This document shows, in pieces, positions 18,830-28,278 of a stretch of DNA of 62,297 bases (the stretch's first letter is position 1; every line of letters starts with the position of its first letter). The notes under the pieces were generated by a model. The model saw only the letters and a list, made by a program, of their open reading frames with translations, was not told the origin of the DNA and ran no database searches. Source of the DNA: an uncultured virus (IMG/VR IMGVR_UViG_3300047094_002559) (lineage: Duplodnaviria > Heunggongvirae > Uroviricota > Caudoviricetes); the IMG/VR virus record IMGVR_UViG_3300047094_002559. One strand, given 5' to 3'. The translations under genes and the position numbers were made by a program.

Positions 18830-19686
18830 CAGTCGGTAGCGGCCCCAGTAAAAAAAGATCGGTTTTTCCAGTTCTGCAGGCAGACCTTGTATTTGAATTC
18901 CGCCGTGCGGACCGCATCCAGCAGCATGCGCCAGCGCGCCGCGCTCATGCGAAAGAAAGGCTCAAACGAGTCGTGCTCGCGCATCCGCTTCCGTATCGCG
19001 CTCAGTGGAGGCATGCCATCCACCCAGAAATCCGACCACGCAGTGGGCTCCCCATTGATCGCCCGCACTTGGTACCACGCGTGCATCTGCTGGAACGCCA
19101 GCAGCCATTGCAGGTCGCTGTCCTTGTCAATGTGCCCGTCGCGGCCCCACTGGTTGACCGCGGCTGATGCGCTGGTGGTGAATTCGTCCGGCGCCATGGC
19201 GATCTGCACCGTCGCCTGCAAGCCGTCCAGTTGGATGTCGAAAATCAACTCGGTGTCGTGCATGGCTGCGCGGACGAACGCATCCCGGTCTGCGCCCGTG
19301 ACCTGCACCTTCATGTCCCCCACTTCCAGCTGGAACCTGCGCTCCATCTCATCCTGCAGCCGGTCCGTCGCGCTCATCATCATGTTCGGATTCCGCAACT
19401 GCGTGACATCGTCTGTCGGCATCGGAGGCGGCGCCACGCCGTCCTCTTTCTTCTTCGCGTCGATCGCGTCCTGTTCTGGCTTGTGATCGAACGGATCCAC
19501 ACCGCCGAGCGGGAGGGTTGCCTTCAGTTGCCCTCCGTCGACGACCACTTTGGGCGCGGTCGGATCTTCTGCCTCGTCGACGCGCTGAGCGTCCGGAGCC
19601 GGATCCTCTACGACGGTTCCGAAGATACTCTGAAATGGTGGCGATTTAGGATCTGCTGGTTTGGTGTCTGCTGGTTTGTCGGACAT
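18829..19686 (-). CDS. Tail assembly chaperone (G-like)
   Basis: Position upstream of tape measure and a slippery T TTT TTT six sense codons before its stop. Confidence 0.6.
   Translation of the reverse strand: MSDKPADTKPADPKSPPFQSIFGTVVEDPAPDAQRVDEAEDPTAPKVVVDGGQLKATLPLGGVDPFDHKPEQDAIDAKKKEDGVAPPPMPTDDVTQLRNPNMMMSATDRLQDEMERRFQLEVGDMKVQVTGADRDAFVRAAMHDTELIFDIQLDGLQATVQIAMAPDEFTTSASAAVNQWGRDGHIDKDSDLQWLLAFQQMHAWYQVRAINGEPTAWSDFWVDGMPPLSAIRKRMREHDSFEPFFRMSAARWRMLLDAVRTAEFKYKVCLQNWKNRSFFTGAATD
18850..18856 (-). other. Putative programmed -1 frameshift slippery site (T TTT TTT)
   Basis: Reads TCT TTT TTT ACT in frame. The -1 frame continues TAC TGG GGC CGC TAC CGA CTG ATG without a stop into the 18434-18829 ORF. 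Confidence 0.7.
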
Positions 19687-19698
19687 GCGGTTTTGTGT

Positions 19699-22296
19699 TT
19701 AGGGTTGGACTTCTTCCTGACGCTTGAGAGCCTTCATGACAGCATTCGTCGTGGGGCGCCACTCAATGTTGACGTCGTCGAACGATGACGCCGCGCTGGA
19801 GGACGGCACGTGCAGATTCTCGCCCGTGTCCGATGCGCGGTAAAGAATCTCGTGATACCCGAACCCGCCCGACTCGCGGATGCGCGTTCCGGTCACAGAC
19901 AGGCGCAATCTCCAGTCCGCGTAGCCAGGACCTCCCCATCGGTCAGGCGGTCCCATGTCGGCATCGAGGCGCAGATACTGTTGCGTCAGCGTCTCAGGCA
20001 CCCCTGCGGCGGTTTTCTCGCGGTTGTTCCAGACATACTCATCCCGAGACGGGAAGCCCCACAGCGGGCCGCCTGCGGAGCTAGTCCACGCCAAGTCCGG
20101 CGCTGCGGATGAAAGGGCAGCAGCCTCAGCCAGCAGTATCCGCTGCGCCGCCGACGCTCCAGCAGGCGTCGCCGGCGGCGTGTCGTCCACGAACGCGTCA
20201 ATGTGATTCAGATGGTTCTTGAGCTGCAGCGTGGGCTGCGAATCCGGGATCGGAATGATGGGTCCGCGCTTGGGTCCAGTGATGCGATTGCCTTTGATGT
20301 CGTCCGCTTGCAGATTATTGCACCACACCAGTCCATTGCGCAGCACCAGGTCCGGGATGGTCGGGTTCGGTCCCACGATGACCTCGCTGGAACTCGCCAG
20401 GAGCGTCTGCGTTGCGATGACCACCTGACTGCCGCCTGCCACCCTCACTGTCGACGAAGACCGTAAGTCAGCGCCCGTCTTGCCCCGCAAATCGAGAGCG
20501 CCGTTCGTGGAGACCACCAAGCCGTCCGAGCCGTCCACGACGACAGCCATCCCCAGTTCCGAGCGATACGCGGAACGGCCGGCCGCCGCTTCGCTCAGGA
20601 TGGCGAACCCGTGCTTCTCGCCCTGCACCCTCCCAGCTACTTCCGGCGCAGGCATGCCGAGCGACGCCGGCTCTGGCGCGTCCCCATCCTTGTCGGTGAC
20701 CGCATTCGAGCGGAGCCACAGCGTCCCTTTCTCGCAGAGCATCTTCAGCCAGGCGTAGCTGTGCAAAATGAGTCCTCCAAACGTCGCAGAAATCTCGATG
20801 CAGCGGCGGGCTTTCATGTAGATGCTGCCGCCGCTCACCATGCGAATGTCGCCGGCCGCTTCGAGGTCGATGTGCTTCGCCGCGCTGATCTGCACGTTGC
20901 CGTTGCTCATCACGACAGACGACCCGTAGCCGTCGTGCATCACAATGGAGCCGTCGCGCATGATCGTGAAGCAGGCGTAGGCATCGTAGTAGAGAACCTT
21001 CTGCTCCGGGTCTTCGCCCTCGCCCTCCGGCGTGTAATTGGCACGTCCGTTCGCCTCGTCGCGATCGCTCTCGAGATTTCGCCAGTCGGGCGTGGGCGAC
21101 GCAGCCTCCGAGGGGATCGCATACTCAGTGTCCTGCTGCAGCATCCGCGCGAACGCGTGATACCGACTCAGCCACCTCGAATAGCTGCGGATGTGGTAGG
21201 CAGCCTGGTACATGTCCTTCTCGTCGACAGGCTGAATGGCGGACGGCAGCTTCAAAAATGCCGCCGTCAGTTTGTCATACTCGCGCTCCTTGGTAATCGC
21301 AGGGTCTTCGTGGTGGGCGATTCTGACAGGCACCGGGATGCGCGTGGTGCGCTCGATGCGGATGTCTGCGACCGACTGGATGATGAGCGATCCGTCGCTG
21401 TTCCGGTGTATCCAGTTTTTGCCTGCGCCGGATTTGGCTGTGCTTGCACCGAGCGACACAATCGCCCGCGGCGGGTCAGACACGAAGCTGTGAATGAAGT
21501 CACCGGCGAACCCCAGAAATTCCTTGAAGCGCATGCGCCCGAGTCCGGTGACGCGACGCTCTTCCAGCTTCGTCCGGTCAACCTCGTCGCCGTTCATCTC
21601 CGCGAACGGTTCCTTCTCTTTTTCGATCCCGAGCACCTCGTGCCTGTAGGATGACCAGGACCGTTCCATGGTGGGGCGTCCGTGATCGTAAATCAGATCC
21701 TCGCCGAGCCCGCTGATGTGGCGATACTGCGCGGAGATGACGCGTACCATGTCGTTGATCAGATGACACTCGACGACCGCTCTGTCGCTCGCCTTCATGC
21801 GGATCAGCGTGGTCAGGAATTCCAGCGCGATGCCGAACATGTTGGAAATCTCAACCTCGCCCTCGATCATGTCCTCCGCGTGATCGGACACGACGTTCCC
21901 GGTGACTCCCTCCGCTGCGTCTGTCGCCGGCCCCCACAGCAGCGAGCGGCTGCGTGCATTCAACCAGTCGACGCTGTGCTCCGGCAGCACTTGCGTGATG
22001 AACGTCGGGGCGCCGTAAGCGATCTTCACGCGAGTCAGCGGCGGCAGGTTGCACCGGAGCTGAAGGCCGAACAACCCTCCCAGCACTGGCAGCGCCAAGC
22101 GCACGCCGCTGATCTCCTGTCTTGGATCCTCTGTCGTGACGTGATACGTACCGTCGATCTCCCTAGCCCGCACCGTGGCCGTGTAAAGCGCGCCGGGGGT
22201 GAGACGCTCGGACATGATGGCGCCAGTGGCCTGCGCGGTCCTCGAAGGATCTACGTCTGGAAACCCGTCCCCCGGTTTTTCTGTGCTTATGGCCAT
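19699..22296 (-). CDS. Baseplate central spike (gp5/VgrG-like)
   Basis: N-terminal OB-like region plus beta-helix repeats 'DGSIVMHDGYGSSVVMSNGNVQISAAKHIDLEAAGDIRMVSGGSIYMKA'. Confidence 0.7.
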   Translation of the reverse strand: MAISTEKPGDGFPDVDPSRTAQATGAIMSERLTPGALYTATVRAREIDGTYHVTTEDPRQEISGVRLALPVLGGLFGLQLRCNLPPLTRVKIAYGAPTFITQVLPEHSVDWLNARSRSLLWGPATDAAEGVTGNVVSDHAEDMIEGEVEISNMFGIALEFLTTLIRMKASDRAVVECHLINDMVRVISAQYRHISGLGEDLIYDHGRPTMERSWSSYRHEVLGIEKEKEPFAEMNGDEVDRTKLEERRVTGLGRMRFKEFLGFAGDFIHSFVSDPPRAIVSLGASTAKSGAGKNWIHRNSDGSLIIQSVADIRIERTTRIPVPVRIAHHEDPAITKEREYDKLTAAFLKLPSAIQPVDEKDMYQAAYHIRSYSRWLSRYHAFARMLQQDTEYAIPSEAASPTPDWRNLESDRDEANGRANYTPEGEGEDPEQKVLYYDAYACFTIMRDGSIVMHDGYGSSVVMSNGNVQISAAKHIDLEAAGDIRMVSGGSIYMKARRCIEISATFGGLILHSYAWLKMLCEKGTLWLRSNAVTDKDGDAPEPASLGMPAPEVAGRVQGEKHGFAILSEAAAGRSAYRSELGMAVVVDGSDGLVVSTNGALDLRGKTGADLRSSSTVRVAGGSQVVIATQTLLASSSEVIVGPNPTIPDLVLRNGLVWCNNLQADDIKGNRITGPKRGPIIPIPDSQPTLQLKNHLNHIDAFVDDTPPATPAGASAAQRILLAEAAALSSAAPDLAWTSSAGGPLWGFPSRDEYVWNNREKTAAGVPETLTQQYLRLDADMGPPDRWGGPGYADWRLRLSVTGTRIRESGGFGYHEILYRASDTGENLHVPSSSAASSFDDVNIEWRPTTNAVMKALKRQEEVQP

Positions 22297-22302
22297 GCTG
22301 CG

Positions 22303-22332
22303 AATCTACGCGTGCCGCGCGCTTTTGTGCAA
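22303..22332 (-). promoter_or_regulatory. sigma70-like promoter TTGCAC-N18-TAGATT, 6 nt before ATG
   Basis: Intergenic, immediately downstream of a terminator. Confidence 0.6.
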
Positions 22333-22338
22333 GCACGC

Positions 22339-22369
22339 AAAAGCGCGCGGCCCCCGACCGCGCGCTTTT
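22339..22369. terminator. Intrinsic terminator hairpin after tail tube gene
   Basis: AAAAGCGCGCGG-loop-CCGCGCGCTTTT perfect inverted repeat. Confidence 0.75.
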
Positions 22370-22392
22370 CCCTTGCTTCCAGCCTAGATTGA

Positions 22393-22836
22393 TCAGGCCG
22401 TGCGCATGCTGGCGGTCCTGATGGTCGCGCCCTGCGTGATTGTCTGTCGTCCTGTGGAGAGGTTTGCAGTGAGCTGCTCGACGATGGCGCCGCTGAAGAA
22501 CAGCGAGCCCTTGCCCTCGAACTGGCACTGCCCGCCTTGAATCTGGATGCTGGCTGTGTCGATCTTGCCGCACGCGGCTTGCCAGTCGCGGAAGAATCCT
22601 TCGGAGCCGACGAGCGAGCCCATGGTGATGCTGCCTTGCGGGCGACCCGGCAGCCAGAAGATCTGCGTTGATCCCACCTGGGTGATCTCCTCGATCTGCT
22701 GCCTGTATGAGACGTCCACCGACTGAACGAGCGAGTTCTTGCCGCCGCCCGCCTTTACGGAGATTCGGGCGAAGTCGGAGGACGCGATCTGTCCGCTGGT
22801 TTTGATGTTGTTGTCGTAGCTGAAGACATCCTTCAT
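22393..22836 (-). CDS. Tail tube protein
   Basis: 147 aa, directly after sheath. 'LVQSVDVSYRQQIEEITQVGS...GRPQGSITM'. Confidence 0.75.
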   Translation of the reverse strand: MKDVFSYDNNIKTSGQIASSDFARISVKAGGGKNSLVQSVDVSYRQQIEEITQVGSTQIFWLPGRPQGSITMGSLVGSEGFFRDWQAACGKIDTASIQIQGGQCQFEGKGSLFFSGAIVEQLTANLSTGRQTITQGATIRTASMRTA

Positions 22837-22869
22837 GGTATGGTGTGGTGGTTGAGTTGCTGGCTGGGT

Positions 22870-25713
22870 TTAGGTATTGTCGGCGCTGGCGAGCACCTCG
22901 GCCACGCCCACGTCGATGTAGTGGTTGATGCCGTTGAGCGGCAGCGGCACGCGCAGCTTGACGTAGGTCATCAGCGTGTCGGCCAAGTCGCCGTCCTGGC
23001 GCACGGTCACTTCGCCTTCGTTGCCCTTCTCGTCGAAAAATGTCATCACGGGCGGTCCGATGTCGACGTTGGCGAGCTCGACCTGCGTGAAGTCGGTGGC
23101 CAGTGCCTTGAGCTTGTCGTCGATTTCCGCGATGGTGTCCGGAGTGGCATTGCGGCGTCCGACATAGCGCTTGAAGGCGTCCTTCTCAGCGTAGCCGAAC
23201 TCGTCCACGATGACGCCGACGTTGTCCTCGTATGCCAGCGCGCCCTCTTCGGTGCCGGTGGTGAGCTGATGGCGGATGAAGACGTCGCCGCCTTCGGATT
23301 CCTGCGTGACGATGAAGGTGCCAGCCGATGCGACTCCGTCGAGATCCGCGGGGTCGAATGACGTGAACATGGACGGCGCGGCTTCCACGGAGGTCACTTC
23401 GGTCATCGTCAGGCCCTGCTGCGGCAACAGCGCGCAGCGGAGGCCGGCGATTTCGGCCGCCAGGAATTTGGCAGGAAGAACAACGGTGACGCCGTTCTCG
23501 GTGACAGTCGGATTGTCGCACCAGACGTTGCTGATGCGGCGCGAGCCGAGTTTCACACTGCGCGCCTGCACGTAAAGCGCAGTGTTAGCCGGCGTGTCCG
23601 CGCGCGTCAGGATGAGGTTCGAGTTCGACACCGTCAGCACATCCGCGGCATCAGTCAGCACTTCGAAGTCGGACAGCACTTCCAGAATTGTGTAAGTCTG
23701 CCCCACGGATTGCAGCGTGATCGTGGAGCCCACGTCCGTCGCTGCAAACTTCCACGCGCTGCGGAATGCCGCATCCAGAGTCACTACCGAGGATGCTAGG
23801 TCGCCGGTGCGGTAACCGCCGCCGGTGAGTGCGCCCCACTGGACGTAAGTGCCGGGTGAGTCGGTGCCGATGTAGGCACGCCGGAAGTTCTTGTTGAACT
23901 TGTTCGACATGGTCGTGCAGTGGTCGCGCAGCAACTCCATGACGGCTTCGCTGTCGGTCATGCCGGCGAGTGCGTAGACGCGGTCCGTAGTCTGGATCTT
24001 GCGCAGCGCTGTCGTGAAATCCGCCACGGTGTCGCCACCGGTGCGCAGCGCGTAGACCACGCGATTCTGATTTCCGGTAAACGCTTCGAGCGTGCCGCGT
24101 CCGAGCCAGTTCTCGATGCTTGTCTCGCCGACCTTCGTGACGATATCCACGTCGCGGTTGATCTCGATCATTGTCTCCCCGGCGAGCGGGATCACCAGTG
24201 CCTTGAAGGACAGGTAGACGGATCCGTAGCCGCCGGCAAACAGGCTGAAGTCTGAGCCGTTGCGTCCTGTCGCGGTGCTCGGCAGTCCCAAGTCTGCGGC
24301 ATAGTCCCAGTCTGCCGCGTTCGCAACGAGCGCAGCGTCAACGCCCGCTGTGTTGGTGTCGTCCAGCAGCCCGCTGTAGGGTTGGAACACCGTAGTGGAG
24401 GTGAACGTGATGCTACTCGCGCCGCCGGCCGCTGCGACTTCCGCAGACGGCACCGCGGGTCCGTCCAGCAGCAGGCCGTCGAATTCCGTGGTGGACGCCG
24501 CGGCTGCGACGCAGTCGATGTAGAAAATCTGACCCTTCGCGAAGCCGCCGATCGTTGTCGGGTTAAAAATCAACCCCGAGGTCCCGATGTCCAAAGCCGA
24601 GCCCGCGATGGCGTCCGTGTATGCCACTGTCGGGTCTCCGCCGGTCACGTCGTAGACTTCCACGTCGATATCCGTGGCGCCGCGCTCCGTCACCTCGATC
24701 GCGTATCGGCGGTCCACGGTGCCCGTGTAGGTGCCGGTGACAGCGAGTTGTGTGTCGGTGTTTGGTGCGAACACTGGCTGCAGGATCACGCGGATTTTAT
24801 TGCCGGCGACCATGGCGGATGCCTTCGTGAGAATCACGTCAGTCGCGCCTGCGTAGCCAGCGGTGGTCAGGTCGATGGAAAATTCAGTCCCGCCGCCGCC
24901 CGCCGCAGACGTCACCGGACTCGGCGTGGTGATGCCGGTCGCCAGGGAGGTGACATTGAACGTAGCGACGGTGTTGGCGCCGCCTACGACACAGGTGAAG
25001 TCCAGCACATCGCAGAGCTGGTAATCGCTGCCCACGAGATACACCTTGCCGGCGCCCTTGAGCATCGCGACGTCGGTGGCGTGAATCGTCGGCGGTGTCA
25101 CCACGTCCAGCCCGGATGTGGTGTTCGCGCTGACTTTGACCGCCGCCGCGGTGGCGAGGGCGACCGGGTTCAGCAAGCCGACAGCCGTGTCGTCATACGA
25201 GGACGCCGTCACTTTGCCAAGAAGGCCGACCACCTTGCGGCGTGTCGTACCGGTGGGTGTGCCACCATCCCAATCGCTGGAGATGATGTCGCCGATGCTG
25301 ATCGGGCGCCCGTCCAGCCCGGTGTTCAGCGTGCCAGCGCCAGCGAGATCGTCAGCCGGACTGCGCAGGGTGCGGAAAGTGGTGTCGTTCTCGTCCAGCG
25401 TCCAACCGTTCGGTGCGCCGGTGAACGTGGCCACCAGAGCCTGCAGCCCGGAGCCATACAACGCCGCTGTGGCGTTCTGCGGCTTGAGCTCAGTCAAATC
25501 CAGCGCCACACCTTTCGTGTCAGTGTAGAGGTTGTCTGTCGCGCCGGCAGAATCGAAGTCGAGATACGCACCGGAGAGATCGCGCCCGTCGTTGAGGTAA
25601 AGGTTGAACTGCGGACCGATGACGATTGGATTCCTGCGTGACGTGGTGCGCACAGCAGTCTGCCTCAGGATCTGAGTGATGGTGTCTTGAGGACGAACGT
25701 ATGGAGTGATCAT
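22870..25713 (-). CDS. Contractile tail sheath protein
   Basis: Sheath-type C-terminus 'AAEIAGL...GTFIVTQ...IRHQLTT...VIVDEF...VKLRVPLPLNGI'. Large beta-rich insertions give 947 aa. Confidence 0.85.
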   Translation of the reverse strand: MITPYVRPQDTITQILRQTAVRTTSRRNPIVIGPQFNLYLNDGRDLSGAYLDFDSAGATDNLYTDTKGVALDLTELKPQNATAALYGSGLQALVATFTGAPNGWTLDENDTTFRTLRSPADDLAGAGTLNTGLDGRPISIGDIISSDWDGGTPTGTTRRKVVGLLGKVTASSYDDTAVGLLNPVALATAAAVKVSANTTSGLDVVTPPTIHATDVAMLKGAGKVYLVGSDYQLCDVLDFTCVVGGANTVATFNVTSLATGITTPSPVTSAAGGGGTEFSIDLTTAGYAGATDVILTKASAMVAGNKIRVILQPVFAPNTDTQLAVTGTYTGTVDRRYAIEVTERGATDIDVEVYDVTGGDPTVAYTDAIAGSALDIGTSGLIFNPTTIGGFAKGQIFYIDCVAAAASTTEFDGLLLDGPAVPSAEVAAAGGASSITFTSTTVFQPYSGLLDDTNTAGVDAALVANAADWDYAADLGLPSTATGRNGSDFSLFAGGYGSVYLSFKALVIPLAGETMIEINRDVDIVTKVGETSIENWLGRGTLEAFTGNQNRVVYALRTGGDTVADFTTALRKIQTTDRVYALAGMTDSEAVMELLRDHCTTMSNKFNKNFRRAYIGTDSPGTYVQWGALTGGGYRTGDLASSVVTLDAAFRSAWKFAATDVGSTITLQSVGQTYTILEVLSDFEVLTDAADVLTVSNSNLILTRADTPANTALYVQARSVKLGSRRISNVWCDNPTVTENGVTVVLPAKFLAAEIAGLRCALLPQQGLTMTEVTSVEAAPSMFTSFDPADLDGVASAGTFIVTQESEGGDVFIRHQLTTGTEEGALAYEDNVGVIVDEFGYAEKDAFKRYVGRRNATPDTIAEIDDKLKALATDFTQVELANVDIGPPVMTFFDEKGNEGEVTVRQDGDLADTLMTYVKLRVPLPLNGINHYIDVGVAEVLASADNT

Positions 25714-25731
25714 GGATTGTCGGCTTGGTGG

Positions 25732-26400
25732 TTATTTCTCGGCGGTTAAAATTTGCGAAATCATTCGAATGCGATGCGATTCCAAAGTGCGAGTGACGGC
25801 CATACTGTAGGTGATCCGCACGGCGATGGCAACTGTGTAATGGTCTTTCGGCGCAGGTTTCTTCTCCTTCGGTCGCTGCATACTCACGACTTCGAATCCG
25901 GTGGCGCCTCCGTTGCGCGCCATCACCGACCCCATGGCCAGCAGCACGCGTGCAGTCAGATCGGCCAAGTCGTAAGCGTCCGACGCGTTCTTGGCCATGT
26001 GATGCACCTCGTAGTCAGCAACGGCTTCCTTCGTCACATGCGACCCGGCCAGGTCCTGCGTATTGCCTGCGTGATTGCCGATGCCGACCTTGTTGAAAGT
26101 TGCCTCGGCGAAGCCGATGAACACACCGGGATAATTGTCGGCTTTGCGATCGTCCGCGCTGTGCGTGAACTCCACCGCCAGCTTGGACTGCTTTTCGTCC
26201 GGATGCCACACGAAGCACTGCAGATGATCGAAGCCCATGTAGTTGGCGGACGACGCGTAGTGTCCACGCAGGAACAGCAGCAGCATACGCCGGAACGCAT
26301 CCGCAGTGGGAGGTCCCGACAGGCAGTGCAGCAGCGACTCCGTCGTCTCGACTTCGTGCCCTGAGAATGAGCTGAGCAATTCGGATTGGCGATCGTTCAT
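25732..26400 (-). CDS. Putative tail terminator/completion protein
   Basis: Position upstream of sheath; 'YPGVFIG' pattern. Confidence 0.5.
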   Translation of the reverse strand: MNDRQSELLSSFSGHEVETTESLLHCLSGPPTADAFRRMLLLFLRGHYASSANYMGFDHLQCFVWHPDEKQSKLAVEFTHSADDRKADNYPGVFIGFAEATFNKVGIGNHAGNTQDLAGSHVTKEAVADYEVHHMAKNASDAYDLADLTARVLLAMGSVMARNGGATGFEVVSMQRPKEKKPAPKDHYTVAIAVRITYSMAVTRTLESHRIRMISQILTAEK

Positions 26401-27257
26401 GGGAGTGTGTCCGGCGTCCAGTGAGCAATGCGGCGATATGCCTTGGTGTCGATGACCGGCAGCGGAAACTGGTATCGCTCGTCCGACTGATTCAGGTGCT
26501 CGAGCGTCGCGTCGTAAGCGACCGGCAGCACACTGCGGAAGCGATACGGCTTGATCTCGTCGCTGATCAAGTAACGCACGTCTGTCGTGGGATCCACGAG
26601 CATGTGCCCGCGGGCCGGATGCGGAAATGCCATGAGCCGGGCAGAGACCCTGAGCGTGTCTGCCGGCGAGAATTCCTCCGGATCATCCTTCAGCCCCTCG
26701 CCGTGCGCCGTGATGCTCATCCACGTGAGCACCGGCCGGTAAAAGCCGCCCTGAAATGCCATGCCGTAGGAACGCAGCGCGGGGTCCTCGACCGCGCACT
26801 CGCCTCCCTCCTTCTTGCCGGTGTCCGGGTCTGTCGCCAAGGACGGCGTGCCGAACTCGCGCGGGATGCAGTGCCACACAGGGAACCCGTTCACGACTCT
26901 CATCTGCGTGAATTCCTGGTGGATCATGGCGCGGATGATGCCGTATTCGCGCCGCGTGATGTCGCCCATGATCTGGAACGGCTCGGACAAAAAATCGCCG
27001 ACCGACGCGATCAGCAGCAGCCGGTAAAATCCCTCGGCCGAGCCTTTGTTCATGAACAGCGTCGCGTCCTGATACACTCCCACGCCGGAGGCAACGGGCG
27101 CGTCCGGATTGAGTTCTTTCCATGTCCCCTGCGTGCCGGTGGTCGAGAACGCGGCATACACGTTCCCCGCGGGCGCGTCGGACGCCATCTCCCAGGTGAT
27201 CGCAGCGTTACGCGTTCCGTGGTTCGGATAAATGCGGACGTTGCGGAATACGCTCAT
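26397..27257 (-). CDS. Putative neck/head-closure protein
   Basis: FN3-like N-terminus and 'YGMAFQGGFYRP' segment. Lies between head and tail genes. Confidence 0.45.
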   Translation of the reverse strand: MSVFRNVRIYPNHGTRNAAITWEMASDAPAGNVYAAFSTTGTQGTWKELNPDAPVASGVGVYQDATLFMNKGSAEGFYRLLLIASVGDFLSEPFQIMGDITRREYGIIRAMIHQEFTQMRVVNGFPVWHCIPREFGTPSLATDPDTGKKEGGECAVEDPALRSYGMAFQGGFYRPVLTWMSITAHGEGLKDDPEEFSPADTLRVSARLMAFPHPARGHMLVDPTTDVRYLISDEIKPYRFRSVLPVAYDATLEHLNQSDERYQFPLPVIDTKAYRRIAHWTPDTLP

Positions 27258-27856
27258 TGCGACTTAGGCAAGCCGAGGCTGTCGATGTGTTGCGCGGCCT
27301 GTTCGTATGGGTCAGATGACGTCTGCGCTGCGGTCGCGGCAGGCGCCCCTGTCGGAGCTGGCTTCTCACCCTCTCCCGTTAGATAGCCGCCAGCCATACC
27401 TCCGAACCCGGCAGTCATACCGCCGGCAAGGAGTTTACCGCCTACCCCGGCTCGCTCCACGGCTTTTCCGGTTTGCATGGCTTTGATCACGCGGGGAGTT
27501 GCATTGGCCGCAAGACGAGAAGCTCCTCCGAAGAAGCCTTTGGCGGTTGACGCGACGCCTGGCAGAAACGACAGCGCCCCCCATCCGAGGTTGCTGACGC
27601 CCGACCAGAAGTTGCCGTTCGAAAAATCCTTGACCGCCTTGTAGCCGTAGTAAGGGACGCCGGTGACAGGATTCGAACCGGCGGCTATATCCAGCGCCAA
27701 CTCGCCAGTGTCACCCCATGTCCACCCTTTGCTGGGTGCGCCCGGCGCGACGGGCTGCGGCGCGCGGCCAGGCTGATACATCGGCGCGAACGGAAACGGC
27801 TCCGTGTTTGCGGCTTTCACCATCGGATCCAATAGAGCAAATGGCGTCGGTGTCAT
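27254..27856 (-). CDS. Glycine-rich putative virion protein with TPFA/KxA leader
   Basis: True start at ATG 27856 (ATGA overlap): MTPTPFALLDPMVKAA. Contains GxxxG hydrophobic segments. Confidence 0.65.
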   Translation of the reverse strand: MTPTPFALLDPMVKAANTEPFPFAPMYQPGRAPQPVAPGAPSKGWTWGDTGELALDIAAGSNPVTGVPYYGYKAVKDFSNGNFWSGVSNLGWGALSFLPGVASTAKGFFGGASRLAANATPRVIKAMQTGKAVERAGVGGKLLAGGMTAGFGGMAGGYLTGEGEKPAPTGAPAATAAQTSSDPYEQAAQHIDSLGLPKSQ

Positions 27857-28275
27857 CCTACGGCCCCCCATGCGCCTTCGAGGTTGGCGGTGACCTTCAA
27901 GTTCGTTGCAGCTTCCATAAATTCCGCCTCCAGTTTGTCGCGCAGGCGTTCGAGGTTCCTGAGCAGCGATCCCTGCACGCTGGCGTTGACGCCGCCGGCA
28001 GCGTAATCGAAATCGTTGATGCTCACGTTGCCGTGCCACCGGCGGTAGAGCGCCCACGCGATACCGTCGAAGAACACCGAGGAGTTGATCGGCAGTTTGT
28101 CCGACGTCACCTCGAAGCCCAGCGGTCGGATGGAGTTAAATTTTCGCGCACACTTGCTCATCGCCCACTCGATGTCAGGATCAGTGAACGCCAAGTCTGC
28201 GAGCACCAGGTGGTCCTCCGCCTGGCGATCCATCATGTCCTCTCGGACGTCAGCGATAGCGATGTAGCTAGCCAT
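27853..28275 (-). CDS. Putative head-tail adaptor
   Basis: 140 aa helical protein ('FTDPDIEWAM') downstream of capsid genes. Confidence 0.5.
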   Translation of the reverse strand: MASYIAIADVREDMMDRQAEDHLVLADLAFTDPDIEWAMSKCARKFNSIRPLGFEVTSDKLPINSSVFFDGIAWALYRRWHGNVSINDFDYAAGGVNASVQGSLLRNLERLRDKLEAEFMEAATNLKVTANLEGAWGAVG

Positions 28276-28278
28276 GCG

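Noticed and set aside
352..25713. Extracellular contractile injection system or T6SS interpretation
   Set aside because: Capsid, scaffold, prohead protease and neck genes are contiguous with the tail genes.
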